Shown here: in pieces, positions 56,228 through 64,000 of the stretch | Numbering within the stretch: the first letter of the stretch is position 1 | How the letters are laid out: every line of letters begins with the position of its first letter | Assembly (NCBI RefSeq): GCF_041248615.1 | Contig: NZ_CP158426.1 | Reading direction: 5' to 3' (one strand) | DNA: 64,000 nt | DNA from: Escherichia coli | GTDB lineage: Bacteria; Pseudomonadota; Gammaproteobacteria; Enterobacterales; Enterobacteriaceae | Notes under the pieces: model-generated | Told to the model about the DNA's origin: nothing | Database searches by the model: none | The model's input: the letters and a program-made list of their open reading frames with translations, nothing else | Position numbers and translations under genes: made by a program

Positions 56228-57102
56228 TGCAATTTTCCCCCCGCCGCGGCGACGGCTTCGCTAATCACTTTTTTGGTCATCGTCTGGATGAGATGCAGAC
56301 GAAACTCTTTACTGGCCCGCCATGAAGAACGCGGGGCGACATCTTGCAGGACAGATTCGCTGATAGCTTCCAGCGTTTGCAGGTTTAATGGCGCATTTTG
56401 TGCAGTCTGTTCGGCATGTTGGCAGCGAATCGGCGTTGGCGCGGCAACACCAAATGCCAGGCGTAATTCGCTGAAATTGCCGTTATCCAGTCGGCAATGT
56501 GCGGCGCAGCCAATCGTTGAAATATCCATTGCGTCGCGCATGGCATATTTAAAATGCGCGCTGCCCGCGTGTTCTTTCGGCTGTGGCGGAAAATGAAAGG
56601 CGACGAGGATTTCGTCATGCTCAAGAGACACTTTGCCCGGCCCGGTGTGAAAGCCATTAATCGGGACGAAACGAACACCGCGCGGGGAGTGGATCTCCAG
56701 TTTCGCGTCATAAATTAGCGTTGGCGTGGCAGAATCTGCGCTGGTGGCACCGTTGCAAATATTTCCACCGTAGGTAGCGACGTTACGGATCTGCGGTCCA
56801 GCAATGGACGTGGCCGCAGCACATAACGCCGGGAGATGACGTTGAGTTATAGGATCTTCTATTAGCTGGGTAAATGTCGTTGCAGAGCCGATACGTAGCG
56901 AGCCATCTTCCGCCAGCGTAATTCCCCGCAGCTCCGCCAGATTATGAATATCAACAATATGGCGATAACGGTCATTGTGATGGTGGAGCTGAATCAGTAC
57001 GTCAGTGCCACCGGCGAGCAGTTTGGCCTGCGGGTTGTCAGCCAGCAGGTTGATGGCATCGGCAAGGGTTGCTGCGCGATGGTAAGAAGCAAAATCAAAC
57101 AT
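56224..57102 (-). CDS. xdhB: xanthine dehydrogenase FAD-binding subunit
   Basis: 292-aa [37 protein letters not shown]... Confidence 0.93.
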
Positions 57103-57112
57103 GATGTTATCC

Positions 57113-59371
57113 TCAAATCAATCCTGCCAGATGGAACTCTTCATATAACCGTTTTGGCGTCAGCGGCAGTGTATTGATTGCAACACCGGTAGCCATCTTC
57201 ACCGCGTTACGAATAGCAGCGGCAACAGGAATTATTGGTGGCTCACCCAGTGACTTATGTCCGTATGCGGATTGCGGCTCATTGATTTCGACGAACGCGC
57301 TTTCCAGTTGTGGCAGATCCGGCATGGTCGGCATTTTGTAATCCAGCAGATTGGGGTTACGGACCACGCCGCTTTTAGCATCGATGATCATCTCTTCAAA
57401 TAGCGCCCAGCCAATGCCCATTCCCATTCCGCCGTGTACCTGACCTTCTGCCAGCAGTGGATTAAGAATATGCCCTGAATCATGAACGTTGAGGATGCGG
57501 TTGATGGTGACTTTGCACAGCGCAATATCGACCGTCAGATCAACAAAGGTACAGCCAAACGCCGGTGGGTTAGTGGTGGTTTTGATGGAGCTTTCAGCAG
57601 AGAGCTGCCCGCCGCGTTCAGGGTGGTAGAAAGCGTCCATCGCCAAATCTTTTAACGACATTAACGGCTCTTCCGGTCGTTCAACCAGCACGATATGGCC
57701 TTTTATCAGGGTCAGATTCATCGCTGACTGATGTAGCATGACTGCGGCGTGAGCGATGATTTTCTCTTTTAATAATAGTGCCGCACTGCGCAGCGCAGGC
57801 GCGGCAACATAGCTCTGGCGTGAGGCAAATGCGCCGGGATCGAACGGCGTAACGTCGGTATCTTGAGTTGAAATAACGCGAACGTCGCTGACCGGAACCC
57901 CCACGGTTTCTGCCACCATTTGCGAGAAGACGGTGTCGGCACCCTGACCGATTTCCGTCGCGCCGCTTTGCACGTTGATGGTTCCATCCTGATTCATCAG
58001 AAGGCGCGCGCCTGCTATTTCTACGCCGACAGGCCAGGTGTTAGAGGTGTAGCTAAAACAGGCGATGCCAACGCCGCGGCGCAAATTGCCTTGCTGGTTC
58101 TGGCATTCTGCACGGCGTTTTTCCCATTCAAAGATTTTCCGGCCTTTTTCAAGACACTCCGGCAACCCTGCGCTGTAAATACGTTTGCCCGTGAGCGGAT
58201 TAGCATCTCCTTCGCGGGCGGCGTTGCGTAAACGAATTTCAACAGGATCAATACCTAACGCTGTCGCGGCGTCATCAAGCATAGACTCAACGGCAAATAC
58301 GACTTGTGGCGCGCCATAACCACGCATCGCACCAGCCGAGGGGAGGTTGGTATAGCAGGTCTTTGAACTGTAAGCGTAGGCACAACGAGGATAAAGGTAA
58401 GCGACTTTATTCCCCCCCGCAGAAGCGATGGAGTGCCCGTGAGATGCATAAGCGCCGGTGTTAGACAGAACATCCAGACTATAACCTTTCAATGTTCCGT
58501 CGCGGTTCACGCCCATTTGCCCGTCAATGGTAAAAGCGTGGCGGGTACGGGTTGCGAGGAAACACTCTTCACGGCTAAGGGAAACTTTCACCGGAATGCC
58601 GCCAAGCTTGCTGGTCAGGAATGCCGCCATTGGCTCTTCCAGTACATCCTGTTTATTACCAAAACCGCCACCGACAAATGGTTTGATGACTCGTACGCAT
58701 GACCAGGGAATATCCAGCGCCTGACCAACCACGCGGCGAACAATGTGCGGGATCTGGGTGCTGGAAACGATGGTAATTCGCGAGTCATCCTCCATCCACG
58801 CCAGCGATGTTACGCTTTCCATGTGACAATGTTGAATAACGGGGGTCTGATAGTGCCCCTGTACCTGGTAGTCGGCGGCATCGATTGTTTGTTGGACATT
58901 ACCCGTCGACATCGTGCTTTGTTTCAGTAAATTGCCACCGTTATGGATTGGTGCAGCGTCTTCTGCCAGCGCCGCTTCTGGCGTGGTGATAACGGGTAAT
59001 TCTTGCCACTCAATGCTGACCAATTGCGCCGCTTTTTCTGCCGTGAGTTCATCGCGGGCCACGACGATGGCAACGGCGTCACCATGATGACGAACATGGC
59101 GAGTTAGCAGTGCGCGATCGGCGGTATCGCGCTTGTTTTCGTCAAGTGTCCAGGCATGCCCAGCTGTAGCGAATGGAATATCAGGCACATCTTCCCAGGT
59201 AAAAATCGCCAGTACGCCCGGCAAACTTCTGGCTTGTTCATCATTAATACTTACGGCATAACCATGTGCGATAGGGCTACGTACATATTTCGCATAACAC
59301 ATGCCCGCCATAACATAATCGTCAGTATATCGTGCCCGCCCGGTGACCTTAGCAATGGCATCGACGCGCAT
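57113..59371 (-). CDS. xdhA: xanthine dehydrogenase molybdenum-binding subunit
   Basis: ORF track 57113..59410; start chosen at MRVDAIAKVTGRARYTDDY (752 aa); an upstream in-frame ATG at 59410 with a stronger SD is an alternative. Confidence 0.9.
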   Translation of the reverse strand: MRVDAIAKVTGRARYTDDYVMAGMCYAKYVRSPIAHGYAVSINDEQARSLPGVLAIFTWEDVPDIPFATAGHAWTLDENKRDTADRALLTRHVRHHGDAVAIVVARDELTAEKAAQLVSIEWQELPVITTPEAALAEDAAPIHNGGNLLKQSTMSTGNVQQTIDAADYQVQGHYQTPVIQHCHMESVTSLAWMEDDSRITIVSSTQIPHIVRRVVGQALDIPWSCVRVIKPFVGGGFGNKQDVLEEPMAAFLTSKLGGIPVKVSLSREECFLATRTRHAFTIDGQMGVNRDGTLKGYSLDVLSNTGAYASHGHSIASAGGNKVAYLYPRCAYAYSSKTCYTNLPSAGAMRGYGAPQVVFAVESMLDDAATALGIDPVEIRLRNAAREGDANPLTGKRIYSAGLPECLEKGRKIFEWEKRRAECQNQQGNLRRGVGIACFSYTSNTWPVGVEIAGARLLMNQDGTINVQSGATEIGQGADTVFSQMVAETVGVPVSDVRVISTQDTDVTPFDPGAFASRQSYVAAPALRSAALLLKEKIIAHAAVMLHQSAMNLTLIKGHIVLVERPEEPLMSLKDLAMDAFYHPERGGQLSAESSIKTTTNPPAFGCTFVDLTVDIALCKVTINRILNVHDSGHILNPLLAEGQVHGGMGMGIGWALFEEMIIDAKSGVVRNPNLLDYKMPTMPDLPQLESAFVEINEPQSAYGHKSLGEPPIIPVAAAIRNAVKMATGVAINTLPLTPKRLYEEFHLAGLI

Positions 59372-59466
59372 GCATGATTCACCCGTAGCGGTTGCTTCCC
59401 GCGCTTCCATAGAAATCCCCTCGATTTGAACATTTGGTTCTTATGGCAAAGATTTAGTCTAAGCAG

Positions 59467-59481
59467 GCAAGATTTACGCCA
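59467..59481 (-). promoter_or_regulatory. candidate sigma-54 promoter for xdhABC
   Basis: minus strand TGGCGT-aaatc-TTGCC with GG-N10-GC spacing matching the -24/-12 consensus, ~45-85 nt upstream of the xdhA start. Confidence 0.45.
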
Positions 59482-59824
59482 GAAACGACGATAAGCGTTA
59501 GGGGAGGTAGGAAGTGTGATGACGTTAAAAAAACACAGATATGATACGAAACAGGACTCTGAATAGGGGCAGTGATACGTATCAATATGAGTGGCGATAA
59601 AATCAATGTGATAAATTGGGATTATTACGCATCAGGATGGGAAATAGGGTAAAAAGTCAGGAAGTTCGATACCTCTACAGCGAATATTTTGCTGATGATA
59701 CTTCCCTTTGCCAAATGAAATTAACCTCTTTCTCTATTACCACGTTTTTCCAGAAGCAAGAGATTGGGTATCAAGAGGCTGGCTGCTATGATAAGGCGTC
59801 TTGTTTTTTAAGCGAGGAAAGATT

Positions 59825-60580
59825 TTGAGTGCGGGACGCCTGAATAAAAAATCTCTGGGTATCGTGATGTTGTTATCGGTTGGACTGCTTTTGGCGGGCT
59901 GTTCGGGTAGCAAATCATCCGATACAGGAACGTATTCCGGCTCCGTTTACACCGTGAAACGGGGGGATACGCTATATCGTATTTCGCGCACCACGGGAAC
60001 CAGCGTAAAAGAACTGGCGCGACTGAACGGCATTTCCCCCCCTTACACCATTGAAGTTGGTCAGAAACTAAAACTGGGTGGGGCGAAAAGTAGCAGTATT
60101 ACACGTAAATCAACCGCCAAATCAACGACCAAAACCGCATCGGTTACACCGTCATCAGCGGTACCGAAATCATCCTGGCCGCCAGTAGGGCAACGTTGTT
60201 GGTTATGGCCAACGACAGGGAAAGTTATCATGCCGTATTCGACAGCAGATGGCGGCAATAAAGGGATTGATATCTCAGCTCCACGGGGTACACCTATTTA
60301 CGCCGCGGGTGCAGGAAAGGTGGTGTATGTGGGCAACCAGCTGCGTGGCTACGGTAATCTCATCATGATTAAACACAGTGAAGATTACATTACGGCTTAC
60401 GCCCATAATGACACGATGCTGGTAAATAATGGGCAAAGCGTGAAGGCTGGGCAAAAAATCGCCACTATGGGGAGCACGGATGCGGCATCTGTTCGCCTGC
60501 ATTTCCAGATTCGTTACCGTGCAACGGCAATTGATCCGCTACGTTACTTGCCGCCTCAGGGCAGCAAGCCAAAATGCTGA
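59825..60580 (+). CDS. ygeR: LysM/M23 peptidase-family lipoprotein
   Basis: ORF track 59801..60580; start at TTG 59825 (MSAGRLNKKSLGIVMLLSVGLLLAGC, lipobox) after SD gaggaaag; 251 aa. Confidence 0.88.
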   Translation: MSAGRLNKKSLGIVMLLSVGLLLAGCSGSKSSDTGTYSGSVYTVKRGDTLYRISRTTGTSVKELARLNGISPPYTIEVGQKLKLGGAKSSSITRKSTAKSTTKTASVTPSSAVPKSSWPPVGQRCWLWPTTGKVIMPYSTADGGNKGIDISAPRGTPIYAAGAGKVVYVGNQLRGYGNLIMIKHSEDYITAYAHNDTMLVNNGQSVKAGQKIATMGSTDAASVRLHFQIRYRATAIDPLRYLPPQGSKPKC

Positions 60581-60658
60581 TGGCGAATTAATCAGCAGTC
60601 AGCAGCGTGGCACTTGCTAAGGAGAGCGTAAGGTTTATAATGCCTTACGCATCTCGAA

Positions 60659-60732
60659 GCGGGCGTAGTTCAATGGTAGAACGAGAGCTTCCCAAGCTCT
60701 ATACGAGGGTTCGATTCCCTTCGCCCGCTCCA
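60659..60732 (+). tRNA. glyU: tRNA-Gly (anticodon CCC)
   Basis: GCGGGCGTAGTTCAATGGTAGAACGAGAGCTTCCCAAGCTCTATACGAGGGTTCGATTCCCTTCGCCCGCTCCA; cloverleaf with anticodon loop CUUCCCAAG and encoded CCA. Confidence 0.95.
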
Positions 60733-60747
60733 GAATCTCCCCTGGTG

Positions 60748-60770
60748 GAGAAGACTAAAAAAGTCTTCTC
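60748..60770 (+). terminator. hairpin after glyU
   Basis: gagaagac-taaaaaa-gtcttctc perfect stem; no clear T tract. Confidence 0.5.
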
Positions 60771-61229
60771 TGTCAGCAACTTAAACAGTTACCTATTTAA
60801 TTTGCTTAGGAGTTCTACCATTGTGATCCGCCCTTAGTAACTGTCACGTTAAGTTACACGGTGAGATGACAGTATAACCTAACGTTGGCGGCAGTTGCAC
60901 CTCTCACACCGCGATAGCACAACGTGAAGATAAAGCCCATCCTGGCATTGTAATGTCATCGACAGACTGAACACACGCATTTAAGCCCGATGTGCGGCCT
61001 TGTGGCTGCGTAAACAGGTTTATGGTGATATTGGTCCTTGCAAACCATATGCAAGCTCTATCAGCGTTTCAGCCACGCTCCCAACGGGTACACGGTTATC
61101 CTGATAAGGTGTGATCTTTCTGACAATCTGATGAAGTCGCTACGCTCCCGCTTGTTGCTGTATCACCAACGGGGCTTTATGGTTTCTATTGTCTATAATA
61201 ATCTCACAATTCCCCTGCATGAGGTTGAT

Positions 61230-61436
61230 ATGACTGTTAGCTACAAGATTACTTATGAGCATAGAGACGGTGATCAAATTAGAATGGAAGAGGTTTTATT
61301 CCATTCAGAGCATGAACCAACAAAAGATGAAATTCATGATGCAGTAAGAAAAGATACTGTGAGATTTAATTCTCCATCTAATGGAGTAACGGCTGTTTCA
61401 GGGTTTAAAGTGATTTCGGTTGTCCCTGTTCCATGA
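61230..61436 (+). CDS. hypothetical small protein (68 aa)
   Basis: ATG preceded by gagg SD; the longer 132-aa version of ORF 61038..61436 has no convincing start context; convergent hairpin at the 3' end. Confidence 0.35.
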   Translation: MTVSYKITYEHRDGDQIRMEEVLFHSEHEPTKDEIHDAVRKDTVRFNSPSNGVTAVSGFKVISVVPVP

Positions 61437-61447
61437 ATGGTTATAGA

Positions 61448-61464
61448 AGGGGCTGGAAGCCCCT
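61448..61464. terminator. hairpin between the convergent small ORF and lipoprotein gene
   Basis: aggggct-gga-agcccct. Confidence 0.5.
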
Positions 61465-61469
61465 AATTA

Positions 61470-61790
61470 TTACTTCTTAATATCGCCAGTGCATTGATAT
61501 TCGATAGTCACAAGTGTTTGCATACAACCAGATGAAGAAGGTTGTGAACATTGAGAAGTGAATCCACCAAAAGGCTCGGCTCCTGAATATCCCCAAGCGG
61601 CACAACGCGCTTTGGCTGCATTCATGCCTTGTTGTGGATCTACAACAGGACTTTCAAACATACCGTAAGAATAACTCATCCTAACTGTGCCGTCTGATTT
61701 GCTTCCACCAGTTGGAACGAGTTGTTTTTTTGTTGCACATCCAGAAATAATCAATGTTGAAGCAAGTAACAGCATTAAACTTTTGCGCAT
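61470..61790 (-). CDS. cysteine-rich predicted lipoprotein (106 aa)
   Basis: signal peptide with lipobox LIISGC; four further Cys in the mature part; no family recognised. Confidence 0.6.
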   Translation of the reverse strand: MRKSLMLLLASTLIISGCATKKQLVPTGGSKSDGTVRMSYSYGMFESPVVDPQQGMNAAKARCAAWGYSGAEPFGGFTSQCSQPSSSGCMQTLVTIEYQCTGDIKK

Positions 61791-62442
61791 GTAAATAATC
61801 CCAAGAGATAATGGTTATGTATTGATTTAAAGCGTTTTTAGATTAATGCATTAACTTAGCAAAATTAAGTCTTTTCTGATTGTTTGCAGAGTAAAAATGA
61901 GTTGCTTTCGAAATTATTTCGGATGTTTATTGTATTACGGTTTTTCAAACCGTCTAACTATTGTCGCTATTGAATGGGCAATAATAGCAAGAGGATTCAT
62001 TTCGTCATTGGAGGCAACAAAAAGTCGGTAACTGATAGCTACAACGAATGAAGCAATAACGAGAAAGCGGATAGTGCTAAGATGTTTTGAAGATAAATGC
62101 ATAACGCCCCCTAAATGAATGTGAGGGGGATTAAATCATGCAAATTTGTTGTGTGCAATACTGGTAATTTATCCTAATAGTCTACTATTCACCTCAATCT
62201 ACGTCAACCAATATTTGATGTAGATTTGATTTTCTTTTAAAAACAATATTTTGCAATTTGTTGGGTTTTGGGGTTAGGTTGTTTTTTGGACGTTTCCATC
62301 AAGTGTAAAGATACGTTTAGCCTTCATAGTGAGTTCAGTTACTGTCTTTTTCTCTGAAATCGGCGCATACGTGATCATCGCTTAACGAGAAGAGCAGCGC
62401 CGTCAGGTCCATGCAGCGACAATTCTGAAATATCAGGAGGCA

Positions 62443-62994
62443 TTACGCTTCCTGCTCTTTCTTGATACGTTGCACCGTTTGTGTGCTGACACTGAAATCT
62501 TTTGCTACGCTCCGAATTGATCCACCATTCGCGAGAGCGGCAGCAATTCCCGCTCGATCAATTGCTTTTCCATTACCACGTTTTGCTATACGTCCAGCGG
62601 CCTTAGCTGCGGCGATCCCCTCACGCTGGCGCTCAAGCATCATTTCACGTTCCATTTGTGCCACTGCTGCAAGCACTGTGAGCATCATATTCCCTGCGGG
62701 AGAGTTCTTCCCTGTCTTAAAGTCTTCTTTATGGAAATGCACAGACACGCCGCGCTTTGTTAATTGCTCAACCGTTGCCAGTAGGTCGGCTGTATTACGG
62801 CAAAGTCGATCAATACTGTGAACATGCAAAACATCACCTTCCCGCACATAGTTCATCATTGCCTCAAACTGTGGGCGCTGGGTATTCTTGCCTGACGCTT
62901 TATCTTCAAAGACTTTATCAAGAGCTACTCCAGCTAATTGACGGTCTGTGTTTTGTTGCACAGTCGATACCCTAATGTATCCAATATTAGCCAT
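62443..62994 (-). CDS. serine recombinase, resolvase/invertase family (183 aa)
   Basis: N-terminal catalytic motif GYIRVSTVQQNTDRQ with the active-site Ser, FEDKASG, DRLCR, and a C-terminal HTH (GGSIRSVAKDFSVSTQTVQRI). Confidence 0.85.
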   Translation of the reverse strand: MANIGYIRVSTVQQNTDRQLAGVALDKVFEDKASGKNTQRPQFEAMMNYVREGDVLHVHSIDRLCRNTADLLATVEQLTKRGVSVHFHKEDFKTGKNSPAGNMMLTVLAAVAQMEREMMLERQREGIAAAKAAGRIAKRGNGKAIDRAGIAAALANGGSIRSVAKDFSVSTQTVQRIKKEQEA

Positions 62995-63019
62995 TTTCTT
63001 TATTCCTTCTGTGTTGATT

Positions 63020-63130
63020 TGTGTGTAGTGATTATTGATCGTGTTGATTAGGTGTGTAAAGGACTTTTTTCACTACGAAATTCGAAGGTTTTTAGTGTGG
63101 TGATTTAGCCTGCTTTATCACTACACGTCT
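63020..63130. promoter_or_regulatory. structured inverted-repeat region upstream of the recombinase gene (candidate res-like / autoregulatory site)
   Basis: 10-bp perfect inverted repeat gtgtagtgat (63023-63032) / atcactacac (63117-63126), internal cactac/gtagtg motifs, and a central cgaaattcg palindrome (63076-63084). Confidence 0.4.
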
Positions 63131-63516
63131 TGCATGAGAATCATGTAGTTACATTTTGGTAAAATTAGCAAGCTATTAAATAGTGTGTTTATTTTGAAAA
63201 AATAATTTTTTGTTGCATTAAAGGAAACTTGTTCAATAAATGATAGAACGTTTATTGAGCAACAATTTTGCAGTGATGCGCTATATGCCGCATTACATAA
63301 GGCTTTGCTGATGATAATGTAAAAGTGAAGAAAGCTAACATTGCTCTTTTAAGCTACTTTTCATTGAATTTTTAGTATGGAATTACATAGGGATAAACTA
63401 TGAATATTCTATGATTTACACGAGATATTCTTGCTGTTTAATTCCGGCTTTGGAGATCAGGCATTCGCAAGAATACGCTAACGCGTTGCCTGAAAAGCCA
63501 TTGCACATAATAGAGG

Positions 63517-63835
63517 TGAGCGTATAGCGAACTATCAATGTGATCATTGCACGAATGATAATGAGTGGATATAGATTCTATATATCGTTAGATTGTAGTT
63601 TGATAGTTAATGTGTAATGTAGATTGTATGAGCGTATAGCGAATGTTAGTTAGATCAACAACAAACTAACCTTTAAATCTCTTTTATCTTCTCATAGATA
63701 TGGCTATGCGTAGCAACCGAAGGTTAGCCAATCATCTCTATGCAGCCGTAAGGCTGTTTTGCATGTAATAGTTGTTTGTTGTTGTTAGACAGTTACCAAT
63801 TTATAGATCAGAGATAGATGTGAGCGTTGAGCGAT
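63517..63835 (+). repeat. iteron-like direct repeats (3 copies)
   Basis: tgagcgtatagcgaa at 63517-63531 and 63629-63643 (exact), degenerate tgagcgttgagcgat at 63821-63835. Confidence 0.6.
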
Positions 63836-63924
63836 ACACTAATCATAACAACATCTTCTTACTTTTTAGTTAGTTGTTAGTAGGTTATTGTTATGCGCGC
63901 TATTAGCGCATGTATAAAGGTATC

Positions 63925-63999
63925 ATTTTTATCTAAAGGGCTTTAGACATTTTTGATACCTTTTTCATCTCTAAAAAAGTGTAATTTTTATCTAAAGGG
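63925..63999 (+). repeat. short tandem direct repeats atttttatctaaaggg
   Basis: exact 16-mer at 63925-63940 and 63984-63999, with a degenerate copy tttttcatctctaaaaaa between them. Confidence 0.6.
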
Positions 64000-64000
64000 G

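Larger units (their letters stand above)
60733..64000. mobile_element. tRNA-Gly-adjacent accessory (island-like) segment, AT-rich, truncated by the window end
   Basis: sharp change in base composition and coding density after glyU; contains a serine recombinase; K-12 carries different (ETT2-remnant) genes at this position, from memory. Confidence 0.5.

Noticed and set aside
61038-61229. Longer 132-aa form of the island small ORF
   Set aside because: No ribosome-binding site at 61038, and the region looks like a promoter (tataat-like element at about 61194); the 68-aa form starting at 61230 is preferred.

Overview
This window is an Escherichia coli-type chromosome segment, co-linear (in reverse orientation) with the K-12 region argP/yqfE–rpiA–serA … xdhABC–ygeR–glyU. 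Gene identities are from recognising the translated ORFs by memory (no database search was possible); start codons were refined manually against the ORF track. About 60.7 kb is well-known core genome: serine/glycine metabolism (serA, gcvTHP), ubiquinone synthesis (ubiH, ubiI), recJ–prfB–lysS, idi, and the large cryptic purine-catabolism / selenium-dependent molybdenum hydroxylase cluster (uacT … xdhABC) with its sigma-54 activator ygeV. RNA genes found: 6S RNA (ssrS), the ibsC/SibC type I toxin-antitoxin pair, and tRNA-Gly(CCC) glyU. The stretch most likely to be novel is the last ~3.3 kb downstream of glyU: an AT-rich accessory segment with a resolvase-type serine recombinase, a cysteine-rich lipoprotein, a small ORF, structured inverted repeats directly upstream of the recombinase, and ~1 kb of ORF-free DNA with iteron-like direct repeats. 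In K-12 this position holds the ETT2 remnant, so the content here appears strain-specific, and it is truncated by the window end. No CRISPR array, rRNA or intact IS element was seen.
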